From Deinococcales bacterium (GTDB lineage Bacteria > Deinococcota > Deinococci > Deinococcales > JAAFIG01): a stretch of 31,270 nt of DNA. The notes under the pieces are model-generated. The model was not told where the DNA came from. It saw only the letters and a program-made list of their open reading frames with translations, and searched no databases. Both the position numbers and the translations under genes were made by a program. The stretch covers positions 1 through 31,270 of the forward strand of contig JAYWGM010000036.1 of the NCBI GenBank assembly GCA_043778225.1, given 5' to 3'. This document shows positions 1 to 8,525 of this stretch, piece after piece (position 1 is the first letter of the stretch; the number at the start of each line of letters is the position of its first letter).

Positions 1-101
1 TCACTTAAAAATCTTTCATGAATTTTACGAATGCGTCAGTCAAGCAAATATATTCTCATTGAGATGAATCATACGAGACTGATTAGCTTAACTTGGTATA
101 A

Positions 102-318
102 TACCAAACTGAGTTAATCAGTTGCGTATTTTGACTGATTAACCGACTAAGCGACCCAAGCCCGTCAGGTGCTGCTTTAGGGGTCAAGAACGATTTGACC
201 TGTTTTTTGCGACCCAAGCGCCCAAGCCCGTGAGGTGCTGCTTTAAGGGCAAGAAGCCCGTGAGGTGCTGCTCTAGGGGTCAAGATGGTCAAACGAGAGT
301 GATTAAGTTAATTCGGTA
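102..318. mobile_element. Putative MITE-like non-autonomous element with imperfect terminal inverted repeats
   Basis: Left end TACCAAACTGAGTTAATCAGT (102-122); right end read on the minus strand TACCGAATTAACTTAATCACT (298-318). TAA flanks both sides (99-101, 319-321). A further right-end-like copy ends at 98. No credible internal ORF. Confidence 0.5.
151..285 (+). repeat. Three direct copies of a ~30-40 nt repeat with core AAGCCCGTSAGGTGCTGCTYTARGG
   Basis: Copies at 151-190, about 209-255 and 254-285. A fourth, inverted copy lies at 5559-5596. Confidence 0.85.
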
Positions 319-350
319 TAAGCCTGACGCAATCACATTAATGCTCAGGC

Positions 351-1826
351 TTATTTTTCCAGAATATTCACAGTACCCAACACAGACCAGCCGCCTTGCA
401 AAGCAAAGCTTGAATCCCAGTTGGCATTGACCACTGTGATCTGATTGGCAAATTCTATGTATGTCTGACGTGCGGCAAGTTTCCAAGCTGTAGGTTTTAC
501 TTTTGTTGCATCGGGCTGCACAATCCGAATTGCCAAGCGATAACTGCTTTGATTGTCTGCTGGTATCGGTAGTTCTGCCATGACTTTATTCGCTTTTCCT
601 GTAAAAAAATTGGATAGTTTTTGGCTAGATTGAATCACTTTCAGTGGCGTGTCAGTGGACTGTGCAAGTATAGCCAGTTCAATATCCCAATCGTAATAAA
701 AAGGAGCGATTCCGATGTTGTTGATTTCGACAGACAGAGAAATGGCTTTTGTGCCTTTTGGTAGGCTCGAGGGAAATAAAGCTTGTTCAATCTGAAAGTT
801 GTAACCCATCTGCTTATGGGCTTTGATGTATTCTTCGCGCTCCAAACCATACTGTTGTGTGTGCTTACTGGCATCAAACGGTTCACGATAAAAAGCACCG
901 ATTTTCATGGTCGAATAGTGCGCTCGCTGGATTGATTGCAGACCTGCTCCTGCCAAATAAAATTCACTGCCATTTGGTCCTGGTGGCGATTCACCGCCAA
1001 TTGGTCCTTGCTTCCATTTCTCTCCAACATTGTACTCAAAGGCGTTATTATGACTATTTCCTGTCCAGAAGTAGTCGTTATGAAAACCAACCTTGTTATC
1101 GCTTTTTAAGACTGGATCATCCAAGTATCGCCCCATCAGCAACTTATCAGGGAAGGCTGCTTTGTAAGCATCAAGAATTTGCTGTTTTGTATCATTAGAG
1201 AGTTTGTACCCCTGACCTCCAGCCTCGGGTTTGAATTGAAATGCGTGCCATTCACCCCAGTAACCAATAATACCTAGTTGTATCGCATAGATTCTAGGAT
1301 CGTTGTTGAATCTTTGTCCCAGAGCAGCAATCATTTGTTTGGCTTGTTCAACAAAATATGGATTGTTGAAATCAACAACTGTACCACCACCCTTACCCAA
1401 GGTGTTTTTACCTGTCAGTAAATCCACTTTTTGCATCAGCCATGCTGGACAAGCCAATTTGTTTTTGTCTGTCTCTGAACCATCCCATTGACAAAAGACT
1501 CGCAAAATAAGGTGCTTGTTGTTTGGACCTTTTCTGTTCAAATGCCAATCTAACGCCCACTGTCCTTCTATTTTTGCTGAGGTGAAATCTTGATCGTTGG
1601 GTTCAAAGTCCCTCCAAGGAATGTAAGTAAAAGCGACGCTTGATTCGTCGTTACTGTCCCATTGTCCAACGTTCCAGCCCTTCATTGGGTTTTTTATTGC
1701 ACCATCGGTTTTTTCAAAGCGGTGGCTCTGCATTACAAGCGGCTCGGGTTGAGCCAGTTGGGGGCTACATGAAACCTGCAAGGCAATTATTGCCAAGAGG
1801 AGATAACTTCGCTGCCAGATTCTCAT
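351..1826 (-). CDS. DUF4832-type glycoside-hydrolase-like secreted protein or lipoprotein
   Basis: 491 aa. Signal peptide with Cys (LQVSC). Motifs NPMKGW, GIIGYWGEWH, MGYNF and NIGIAPFYYDW resemble DUF4874/DUF4832 TIM-barrel GH-like proteins. TAGAAT lies 6 nt upstream of the ATG. Confidence 0.7.
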   Translation of the reverse strand: MRIWQRSYLLLAIIALQVSCSPQLAQPEPLVMQSHRFEKTDGAIKNPMKGWNVGQWDSNDESSVAFTYIPWRDFEPNDQDFTSAKIEGQWALDWHLNRKGPNNKHLILRVFCQWDGSETDKNKLACPAWLMQKVDLLTGKNTLGKGGGTVVDFNNPYFVEQAKQMIAALGQRFNNDPRIYAIQLGIIGYWGEWHAFQFKPEAGGQGYKLSNDTKQQILDAYKAAFPDKLLMGRYLDDPVLKSDNKVGFHNDYFWTGNSHNNAFEYNVGEKWKQGPIGGESPPGPNGSEFYLAGAGLQSIQRAHYSTMKIGAFYREPFDASKHTQQYGLEREEYIKAHKQMGYNFQIEQALFPSSLPKGTKAISLSVEINNIGIAPFYYDWDIELAILAQSTDTPLKVIQSSQKLSNFFTGKANKVMAELPIPADNQSSYRLAIRIVQPDATKVKPTAWKLAARQTYIEFANQITVVNANWDSSFALQGGWSVLGTVNILEK

Positions 1827-1923
1827 TTTTTGATTCTAACTTTGAATCAGCAAAAAATCTGTGAACAAGTATACCCAAATTGTACTGGCATATACTGCAA
1901 AAAGTTTATACATTGTTGAGTAG

Positions 1924-2640
1924 CTAATTTCTGAGCTTCTGTGCCAAGCGTTCAAGCGCACCTGCGGCAACACCCAGAATTGGCGCACCATGCCCAATCA
2001 CCAAATTCAGAGGCTCGAGTTTGGCGGCAACTGCCAAACTGCGTTTGGCTTGGGGCATATCTGGGGTAAAAGCGGCAATTGGCGCTCGCAGACCCAAGAT
2101 GTTGACGCAACAATCGCCGCCAAACAAAGTGCGGCTGCTTTGGATAAAGTAGCCAAGTTGCCCCGGGGCGTGTCCGGGCAAAGCGATAGTGCTTAAACCA
2201 GCCATGACCGACTCGAGGTTGTCTGCCCCTTGTAATTCCTGATGGACGACTCCCTTGACTGGGATTTGTTTAGTTTGGGCGCTTTGTACCGAGCGTTTCA
2301 TCCAACGACCAAAGGCGCTCAAGGTCTGGTCTTCAGGTAACTTTTGTGGCTCGAGTCCGCGAATTACGCGGGCTTCTTTGGCGTGTGCCCAAACGGTCGC
2401 CCCCGAGGCTGCCGCCAATGGCTCGAGGTCGCCGATGTGGTCTGGGTGTGCATGGGTAATCAGAATGTGTTTGACATCTTTGAGTGTCCAGTTTTTGCTT
2501 GCTAAGGCTTTGAGAATTTTTGCACTCGAGCCATTACCGCCAGTGTCTATCAGGGCTAAACCACCACTCGGTAGCTCGAGAATACCAATGTTAGCGATAC
2601 CGAGATTAACTGCCCAAATTCCTTGTGCGATGGCTTGCAT
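1924..2640 (-). CDS. MBL-fold metallo-hydrolase
   Basis: LIDTG, THAHPDHIG (HxHxDH), PGHAPG, GD and a terminal GHG metal ligand. Confidence 0.9.
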   Translation of the reverse strand: MQAIAQGIWAVNLGIANIGILELPSGGLALIDTGGNGSSAKILKALASKNWTLKDVKHILITHAHPDHIGDLEPLAAASGATVWAHAKEARVIRGLEPQKLPEDQTLSAFGRWMKRSVQSAQTKQIPVKGVVHQELQGADNLESVMAGLSTIALPGHAPGQLGYFIQSSRTLFGGDCCVNILGLRAPIAAFTPDMPQAKRSLAVAAKLEPLNLVIGHGAPILGVAAGALERLAQKLRN

Positions 2641-2646
2641 GGTTTT

Positions 2647-2652
2647 ATTCTA
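2647..2652 (-). promoter_or_regulatory. Putative leaderless -10 box TAGAAT, overlapping the TAG stop of the upstream kinase
   Basis: TAGAAT-N6-ATG(2640). The same geometry occurs at about 13 genes in the window. Confidence 0.55.
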
Positions 2653-5496
2653 CGCTGTTGGAAAAGTAAACTCGAGACTCGAGCCAGTATTTTCTTGGCT
2701 CGAGACCGCCATCTCACCGCCTGCCAGCGCCACCCGTTCGCGCATTCCAGTCAAGCCTAAATGCCCCTCGAGCAAGCCCTGATTGTTTTGTACCGCAAAA
2801 CCACGCCCGTCGTCTTCGACCAGCACTTCTAGGGTTTTCTCGAGAAAGCGTAAGCGCACCGAGCAATGGCTGGCATGGGCGTGTTTTTCGATGTTGGTCA
2901 GGGCTTCTTGCACCACACGGTAAATGGTCAGTTCTAAAGCCGTCTCGAGGCGGCGTTCAGTTCCTTGAATCTCGAGCCGTGCGTCGGTGCTGGTTTGTTC
3001 ACAGAGCCACTCGAGAGCAGGCAGCAACCCCAAATCATCCAAGGCACTGGGGCGTAAGTTACGGCTAAAGCGCCGCACACTGGCAATCGCAGCATCCACA
3101 TCGGAGCGAATATCGCGCACTCGAGCCACGGCATCGGGGGTTGGCATCGTCTCGAGGGCGGTTTCGAGGCGGTCTAAACGCCGTGTGATCGCTACCAAAG
3201 TTTGGGCGGTGTCATCGTGCAGTTCTCGGGCGATACGGCGGCGTTCTTCTTCTTGGGCTTGGGTAAATAAACTTAGGAAACTGCGTAACTCCGTAGCTCT
3301 GGCTTGAGCTTGTCCGCGTCCTTCAATCTCGAGCGCCAGTTTTTGTTGCTCCGATAAATCGCGGGCAATCACTAAGCCGCCTTGTAATTCGCCATTGCGA
3401 TAAAGCGCCGATAGTTTTATCTCGAGCATCGCAAGGCTGGTGTCGGCTCGTCTGACTTGGGCAGTGAAGGTGCTGGAAATTTGTTCGCGCATTGTGCGCC
3501 ACGCTTGGCGAGCGGCTTGGCTGCTTTCTGGCTCGAGTAAATCGTCAAAACGGCGCTCAAGCAGTTCGGAGGGGGCATAACCCAAGACCTCGAGTGCCGC
3601 ATTATTGGCATAAGTCACACGTCCTTCAAGGTCGGTTGAGATGATTAAGTCGGTTGCCCCCTCGGCAAGTAAGCTGTATTGCTGCTGTTGGGCTTGAATC
3701 CGTTCGTAGAGCCGTGCATTCTGAATTGCAAGCGCGGCTTGTTGGGCAATGGCGGCAGCCAAACGCGATTCTCGAGCCGTGATTTCCGAGGTTCTGGTGC
3801 TGTCGGCGTACAAAATTCCTAGCACTTGCCCTTGTACTTGAATTGGAGCGACCACAAATGCCTGAGCGCCCAAAAGGGTTGGTCCTTCGCTTTCGAGCGA
3901 TTCGTCTTGGGCTTCGTTAATCACAATTGGCTCGAGGTCAAAAATCAGTTTCACAAAGGCATCGTCGCTAATCACAAAGGGTTTGATAAAACCTTCTAAG
4001 CCATCCTTAAACCCTTGAGCATAGAGTTTACCAATTTCGGCACGTTGATTTTCGATGTCGAGCAGGTCAAAAAAACCAATAAAACTGCGTTCTAAATCCA
4101 GAGTCTCGAGCGCTTCGCTGCAAACCCTAGCCAGCACTTCATCGAGTTCGAGCGTACTGCTGGTGACTCGAGCCATTTCAAGCAGTGCATTCTCGTCGGC
4201 AAAGGCTCGAGCATTGCCCAGTGCCACCCCAGCCTGTGCCGCAAATGCCGATAAAGTCTCGAGTTCGTCGGGGCTAAAGGTTCGAGTTTGCGGGAAATAC
4301 AACGCCAATGCGCCATAAACTTCACCTCGAGCCATCAGTGGCGCTGCCAGTAAATCAGCCGCCGCAATCACTTCGGCAACTCGGGTGGATTCGAGCAGTA
4401 AATCTAAGCCGCGCTCGAGCAAGCCATCATCCTCAACCCCATAACTGGCTCGGACTTCGAGGACATTTCGCACCCGTTCAAAGACCGCACAAGCATTTGC
4501 ACCAAGCAACAGCACGGCAGTCTCGAGAATCGCTTCTAAAGTCTCGGAAATACTTAAACTGGCTGATAAACGCTGCATCACCAGCCGCAAGCCTTCGGCA
4601 CTTTGACGTTTGGCACTCTCGAGCAGATAAGAACGAGCATTTTCGATAGCCAGCGCCGCAATTTCAAGCATTGCCTGCCCCAAAGAGACCATTCGCTCCG
4701 AGATTTCGATGCCAGTCCGAGTGGTGTCGGCATACAAGACCCCCAGTGTTTCGCCCCTCGAGACAATCGGTAGCATCAAAAAGGCTTCTGCACCAAATTT
4801 ACGTGGGGTACTCGAAAAACTTCTGGTCGAGGACTTGACTTCGTTTAAGACAATTGGCTGCCCACGGTGCAGACGGGCAAAACTTTCTGCCGAAATTGCC
4901 AGCACTTCGTCGGACTCGAGTTCTGGAAACTGGTACTTAAAATAACCTCGAGCCTCCGCGCCGGCTTCGGATGCGCTCGAGAATAAGCCCAATAATCCAC
5001 GTTCTAAACCTAAGGCTTCGACAGTCTGGGTCAGGCTTTGCAGCAAAATTTTATCGAGTTCTAAGGTATTCGAGACCTGCCTAGAAAGCTCGGACAAGGC
5101 TTTGGTTTCTTTTTCGCGGCGCACCGCATCTCGAGCTAAACGAGCAGCTTCTAGGGCAATGCCGCTGAGTGCCAAAAAATGTGGCTCGAGCGACCCAGCC
5201 CCGCGAGTCTCGAGCCAACCAATCCGCCGTCCTCGAGCTTCGAGTGGCACAGCTTGTTCTAGCGCTAAACCAAGTGGTAAATCCTCAAAGCGCAGACCAT
5301 CGCCGCCTAAACTCGAGACTCCAAGCGCATTGGCAACCGCCACGGTTTCACGCCGCTCATGGTTCTCGAGCAGCACCCGCACCGATTGCGCCCCGCTTAG
5401 TTGCAGCGCGGTTCGGGCAATTAACTGCCCAGTGGCGGCTAAACCTCGAGTGGTGTGCAGTGTCTCGAGGTAAGTGTTTTCTTGGGCAAGGTTCAC
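2650..5496 (-). CDS. Cytoplasmic multi-GAF + PAS sensor histidine kinase (HisKA_3, NarX/UhpB type)
   Basis: 948 aa, GTG start. Repeated GAF motifs (LPIVSRGETLGVLYAD...AALAIENAR), PAS (DLEGRVTYANNAA), H-box EEERRRIARELHDD, and HATPase motifs QEALTNIEKHA, DDGRGF and GLTGMRER. Confidence 0.92.
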   Translation of the reverse strand: MNLAQENTYLETLHTTRGLAATGQLIARTALQLSGAQSVRVLLENHERRETVAVANALGVSSLGGDGLRFEDLPLGLALEQAVPLEARGRRIGWLETRGAGSLEPHFLALSGIALEAARLARDAVRREKETKALSELSRQVSNTLELDKILLQSLTQTVEALGLERGLLGLFSSASEAGAEARGYFKYQFPELESDEVLAISAESFARLHRGQPIVLNEVKSSTRSFSSTPRKFGAEAFLMLPIVSRGETLGVLYADTTRTGIEISERMVSLGQAMLEIAALAIENARSYLLESAKRQSAEGLRLVMQRLSASLSISETLEAILETAVLLLGANACAVFERVRNVLEVRASYGVEDDGLLERGLDLLLESTRVAEVIAAADLLAAPLMARGEVYGALALYFPQTRTFSPDELETLSAFAAQAGVALGNARAFADENALLEMARVTSSTLELDEVLARVCSEALETLDLERSFIGFFDLLDIENQRAEIGKLYAQGFKDGLEGFIKPFVISDDAFVKLIFDLEPIVINEAQDESLESEGPTLLGAQAFVVAPIQVQGQVLGILYADSTRTSEITARESRLAAAIAQQAALAIQNARLYERIQAQQQQYSLLAEGATDLIISTDLEGRVTYANNAALEVLGYAPSELLERRFDDLLEPESSQAARQAWRTMREQISSTFTAQVRRADTSLAMLEIKLSALYRNGELQGGLVIARDLSEQQKLALEIEGRGQAQARATELRSFLSLFTQAQEEERRRIARELHDDTAQTLVAITRRLDRLETALETMPTPDAVARVRDIRSDVDAAIASVRRFSRNLRPSALDDLGLLPALEWLCEQTSTDARLEIQGTERRLETALELTIYRVVQEALTNIEKHAHASHCSVRLRFLEKTLEVLVEDDGRGFAVQNNQGLLEGHLGLTGMRERVALAGGEMAVSSQENTGSSLEFTFPTA

Positions 5497-5514
5497 GGCG
5501 CTATCCTAATGCTT

Positions 5515-5553
5515 GGGAGTTCGTAGGACGAGGGTATGTTCCTACGAACTCCC
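5515..5553. repeat. Perfect 14-bp inverted repeat (GTAG-containing hairpin; REP-like and/or terminator)
   Basis: GGGAGTTCGTAGGA (5515-5528), 11-nt loop, TCCTACGAACTCCC (5540-5553). Confidence 0.8.
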
Positions 5554-5558
5554 CCGCC

Positions 5559-5596
5559 TTCTTGCCCTGAAAGCAGCACCTGACGGGCTGGGTCGC
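5559..5596 (-). repeat. Inverted dispersed copy of the 151-190 repeat
   Basis: Minus strand reads GCGACCCAGCCCGTCAGGTGCTGCTTTCAGGGCAAGAA, versus GCGACCCAAGCCCGTCAGGTGCTGCTTTAGGGGTCAAGAA at 151. Confidence 0.85.
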
Positions 5597-5609
5597 TCGT
5601 TGAGGGGGT

Positions 5610-6035
5610 TTAGGTGCTTTGGTCTTCTTTGCTCGAGTCTGTAGTTACCGCTTTGGGTTTATCTAGGTCAACTGGTTTCTCGAGTTCAACAACCGCTTGC
5701 GGGTTCTCGAGGTCAACAGCTTCTAGCTTCTCGAGTTCAACAATTTTTTCTTGAAATTCTGGTTCTGGGCTGACCGTGGTGGTTTTAACTTGGCGCGAAG
5801 CGTTTACGGTTCTGGATTGTAATTGCGTGACAATAAAGTAGACAATCCCCACCAAAATAGCGACTGGCACAAGCCAACGCAGCAATGCCACGATGATGCT
5901 GGCAAAACCAAGCAGCAAACCACCCAATAGGCTCAGCAGCCAACCAAGTAAGTATAAACCAGCCAAGCCGACGACCACAGCGACCAAGCCTTTGACGATA
6001 ACCTCGAGCGTATTGCGCCAATCTGTTTCTTTCAT
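5610..6035 (-). CDS. Hypothetical small membrane protein with a repetitive charged tail
   Basis: 141 aa. Long N-terminal hydrophobic segment, VELEK and VDL(E/D) repeats. TACAAT 6 nt upstream of the ATG. Confidence 0.8.
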   Translation of the reverse strand: MKETDWRNTLEVIVKGLVAVVVGLAGLYLLGWLLSLLGGLLLGFASIIVALLRWLVPVAILVGIVYFIVTQLQSRTVNASRQVKTTTVSPEPEFQEKIVELEKLEAVDLENPQAVVELEKPVDLDKPKAVTTDSSKEDQST

Positions 6036-6074
6036 AATTGTATTGTACGTTGTTTTTGGTGAAAAAGTTGCAGC

Positions 6075-6395
6075 TTAATCGGAACGTGAAACCATAAAGA
6101 CCAAAATTCCATGTAAGCCCAGTTTTTTGTCCACATTAAAAGCTATCCCAGAAAAAACAGCAATCCGTTGCTCGAGGATTTCTCGAAGCTCGACCAAAAC
6201 TTGGGCAATAATAAGCTCAGAACGGGCTTTTTCTGTACCCTTGCCAAAGACCAAGGGTAAGTTGCGTTTAAGCACTGCTTGCAATAATTGGCTGGCAGCA
6301 TGGGGCGCAATACTCGAGAACAAATCCTTGTGCTGCACAAACGAAAGTCCAAATCGCTGCACCAATAACTCGAGCGTAAAACCTTCGTAGGACAT
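6075..6395 (-). pseudogene. Probable C-terminally truncated restriction-endonuclease-like (HsdR_N-like PD-(D/E)xK) protein
   Basis: TEKARSELIIAQVLVE...FSG..FNVD..GL.G resembles the N-half of a ~200-aa family as I recall it. The ORF stops at 106 aa, before any EAK-type motif. Confidence 0.5.
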
Positions 6396-6414
6396 GGGTT
6401 TAGCCTAGCATGGT

Positions 6415-7701
6415 TTAGTCACTCGAGTGGCGGCGAATGTTGATGACGCTAAAAAATGCCAGTAAGGTAAACAAAAACGTTAAAAGAATCACGCCATCCA
6501 TCTTTAAGGTCGAGACAAAAATGCCGCCCAAAAGCGAGCCACCAATTAAGTTTCCGCCAGCCAGAAAAATGCTGTATAAGCCCATCACCACACCACGGTC
6601 TTCTGGGAAATCCTCGGAAATATCGGCGAGGTAAGCAAGTGCCACGGGCGTAAAGCCAGCTTGAAAAAATGCCCCAACCAGCAGAATGATAAACCAAATG
6701 TTGGTTGGCTCGAGTGGTGTTGGAATCACCAAGTTCAGTCCGAGTTCTGGGTGATTTAAGAAAAACCAACTGACCGAAATCGCCAGTAAGCCTCCACCCG
6801 CATACAGCATTGGGGTGCTGCGCTTACCAGATTTTGCCCGTTCAGCCCAAAAAATCAGTCCAGCCAAAAAGGCAGCCGCGAAAAACCCAAGGTACAAACT
6901 GACCTGTTCTGGCTTAAATGCACCAACCAGAGCTTGACCGGTCTCGAGTGGGATTTTTGCCGCCGACAAGATATTTTGAACATGAACAATCCATAGCCCA
7001 ATTACGGCGGTGGCTGCCAACCAAGCCGGTAAAAAACGTACCAAACGCTTGTTCCCAAGTGCTTTGGTGTAATCAGTCCAAGAGCGGCGTTTTTCGATTC
7101 GCACCCCAATACTTGGCAGAAAAAACCAAAAAACCAAAGCCCCCAGCACATAGACCCCAGCCAAAAATGGATAACTGCCCGTGCCAAGAATGCTCCAGAG
7201 CAGTGGTCCAAGAATGATGCTGCCGCCAATCACACCAAGTAAGGTCACAATTTCATAAATCCCCATGATTCGCGCTCGGTGCGGACTGCCATCGGTTAAA
7301 TCGGACAAATAACCAAGTGTGGCTGGAATCGCCGCCGCCGCGCTGACTCCTTCGATAATCCGAATCAAAAACAGCATCTCGAGACTCGAGGTTAGGGGAT
7401 AGAGCAGCAAAGCGACAGCGCCGATTACGGGTGCAATTGCCATCAGTAGTTTTCGTCCTACACGGTCGGTTAAAGCCCCAAAGATAGGCGCAAGAAAAAA
7501 TTCGGTGGCATAGTACCCAGCCGCCACAAACCCCACTTCTAAGCCTTCGCGCCCCAGCGATTTTAAGTAAAAATTAAGTGTGCCAGTTGCTAAGCCGCCA
7601 CTGACGCGCAGCAAAAACGTACCCAACAAGACGATGATCGCCCCATAGACCAGCAGGTTTGGCTCGAGTCGGCGTGAATTTTGATTCTGAATAGGTCCCA
7701 T
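6415..7701 (-). CDS. MFS transporter
   Basis: About 12 hydrophobic segments. Motif A GALTDRVGRK, plus RIIEG and DRGVVMGLY. Confidence 0.92.
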   Translation of the reverse strand: MGPIQNQNSRRLEPNLLVYGAIIVLLGTFLLRVSGGLATGTLNFYLKSLGREGLEVGFVAAGYYATEFFLAPIFGALTDRVGRKLLMAIAPVIGAVALLLYPLTSSLEMLFLIRIIEGVSAAAAIPATLGYLSDLTDGSPHRARIMGIYEIVTLLGVIGGSIILGPLLWSILGTGSYPFLAGVYVLGALVFWFFLPSIGVRIEKRRSWTDYTKALGNKRLVRFLPAWLAATAVIGLWIVHVQNILSAAKIPLETGQALVGAFKPEQVSLYLGFFAAAFLAGLIFWAERAKSGKRSTPMLYAGGGLLAISVSWFFLNHPELGLNLVIPTPLEPTNIWFIILLVGAFFQAGFTPVALAYLADISEDFPEDRGVVMGLYSIFLAGGNLIGGSLLGGIFVSTLKMDGVILLTFLFTLLAFFSVINIRRHSSD

Positions 7702-7771
7702 GTAGTGAAAGAATTTTAACCCAATTTAATGAGGGAGTTTTTCCCCTACGAAATTACGATATGGTTTTGCT

Positions 7772-8422
7772 ATGAAGCGATTTGATTACAACTTTGTAGA
7801 ATATAAGGTCATCCAAATGGTGACTGGACAAATTCAAGAAAATGCCTATTTGGTCTGCCATGAATCGGGCGATGCCCTTTTGATTGACCCCGGCGATGAT
7901 GCCGAAGCGATTTTAGAAGTGATTCGGCTCGAGAAGGTCAAAGTTCTAGCCATTCTTTTGACCCATGCCCATTTTGACCACATCGGTGCAGTGCAAGTGA
8001 CTCGAGTTGCTTTGGCTTGCCCAGTTTATTTACACCAAGACGCTTGGACTTCGTACTCGAGAGCGCACATTGCCCCAGCCCGTTACAACTTGGCGTTTGT
8101 CCAGCCAGAAGCCCCAGACCACAACCTCGAGTTGGGGACTCTGCAATTTGGCGCAATCGAACTTACAGCCTTGTTTACGCCCGGACACGCCCCCGGACAC
8201 GTGGCGCTGTATTCAAAAGCTGGCTTTGTGCTGTCGGGCGATGCGCTTTTTTATGGCAGTGTTGGGCGCACTGATATTCCAGGTGCGGACACCGCTTTGT
8301 TGCTTGAGCGCATCAGAACCCAGTTGTATACCTTGCCAGACGAAACAACGGTGCTGTCGGGTCATGGGCGCGATACGACCATTGGGCGCGAGAAAGCCAC
8401 GAATCCGTTTACGCAGGAGTAA
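7772..8422 (+). CDS. MBL-fold hydrolase (glyoxalase II-like, YcbL/GloC type)
   Basis: ENAY, IDPG, LTHAHFDHIG, TPGHAPG, GDALF.GSVGRTD, GHG, TTIGREK.TNPF. Confidence 0.92.
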   Translation: MKRFDYNFVEYKVIQMVTGQIQENAYLVCHESGDALLIDPGDDAEAILEVIRLEKVKVLAILLTHAHFDHIGAVQVTRVALACPVYLHQDAWTSYSRAHIAPARYNLAFVQPEAPDHNLELGTLQFGAIELTALFTPGHAPGHVALYSKAGFVLSGDALFYGSVGRTDIPGADTALLLERIRTQLYTLPDETTVLSGHGRDTTIGREKATNPFTQE

Positions 8423-8525
8423 AGTAACCCCTTTACCCAAAACTAAAAGTCTGATAAATACCTCGCTCACAGACTCGAGGGCTTGCTTCACGTAACTCAT
8501 GGCGTTCAGCGCGATATTCTTTTAT

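Noticed and set aside
151..285. CRISPR array from the three ~35-nt repeats
   Set aside because: Spacing is irregular (about 18 nt, then none), the copies are degenerate, and there are no cas genes.
83..430. Short ORFs 83-292 and 230-430
   Set aside because: They are translations of the repeat/MITE region with no coding signals.
5509..5609. Riboswitch upstream of the kinase (GGTGCT-containing structured region)
   Set aside because: It lacks the full consensus of SAM, cobalamin or other riboswitches I know. The sequence is a dispersed repeat, and the gene appears leaderless.
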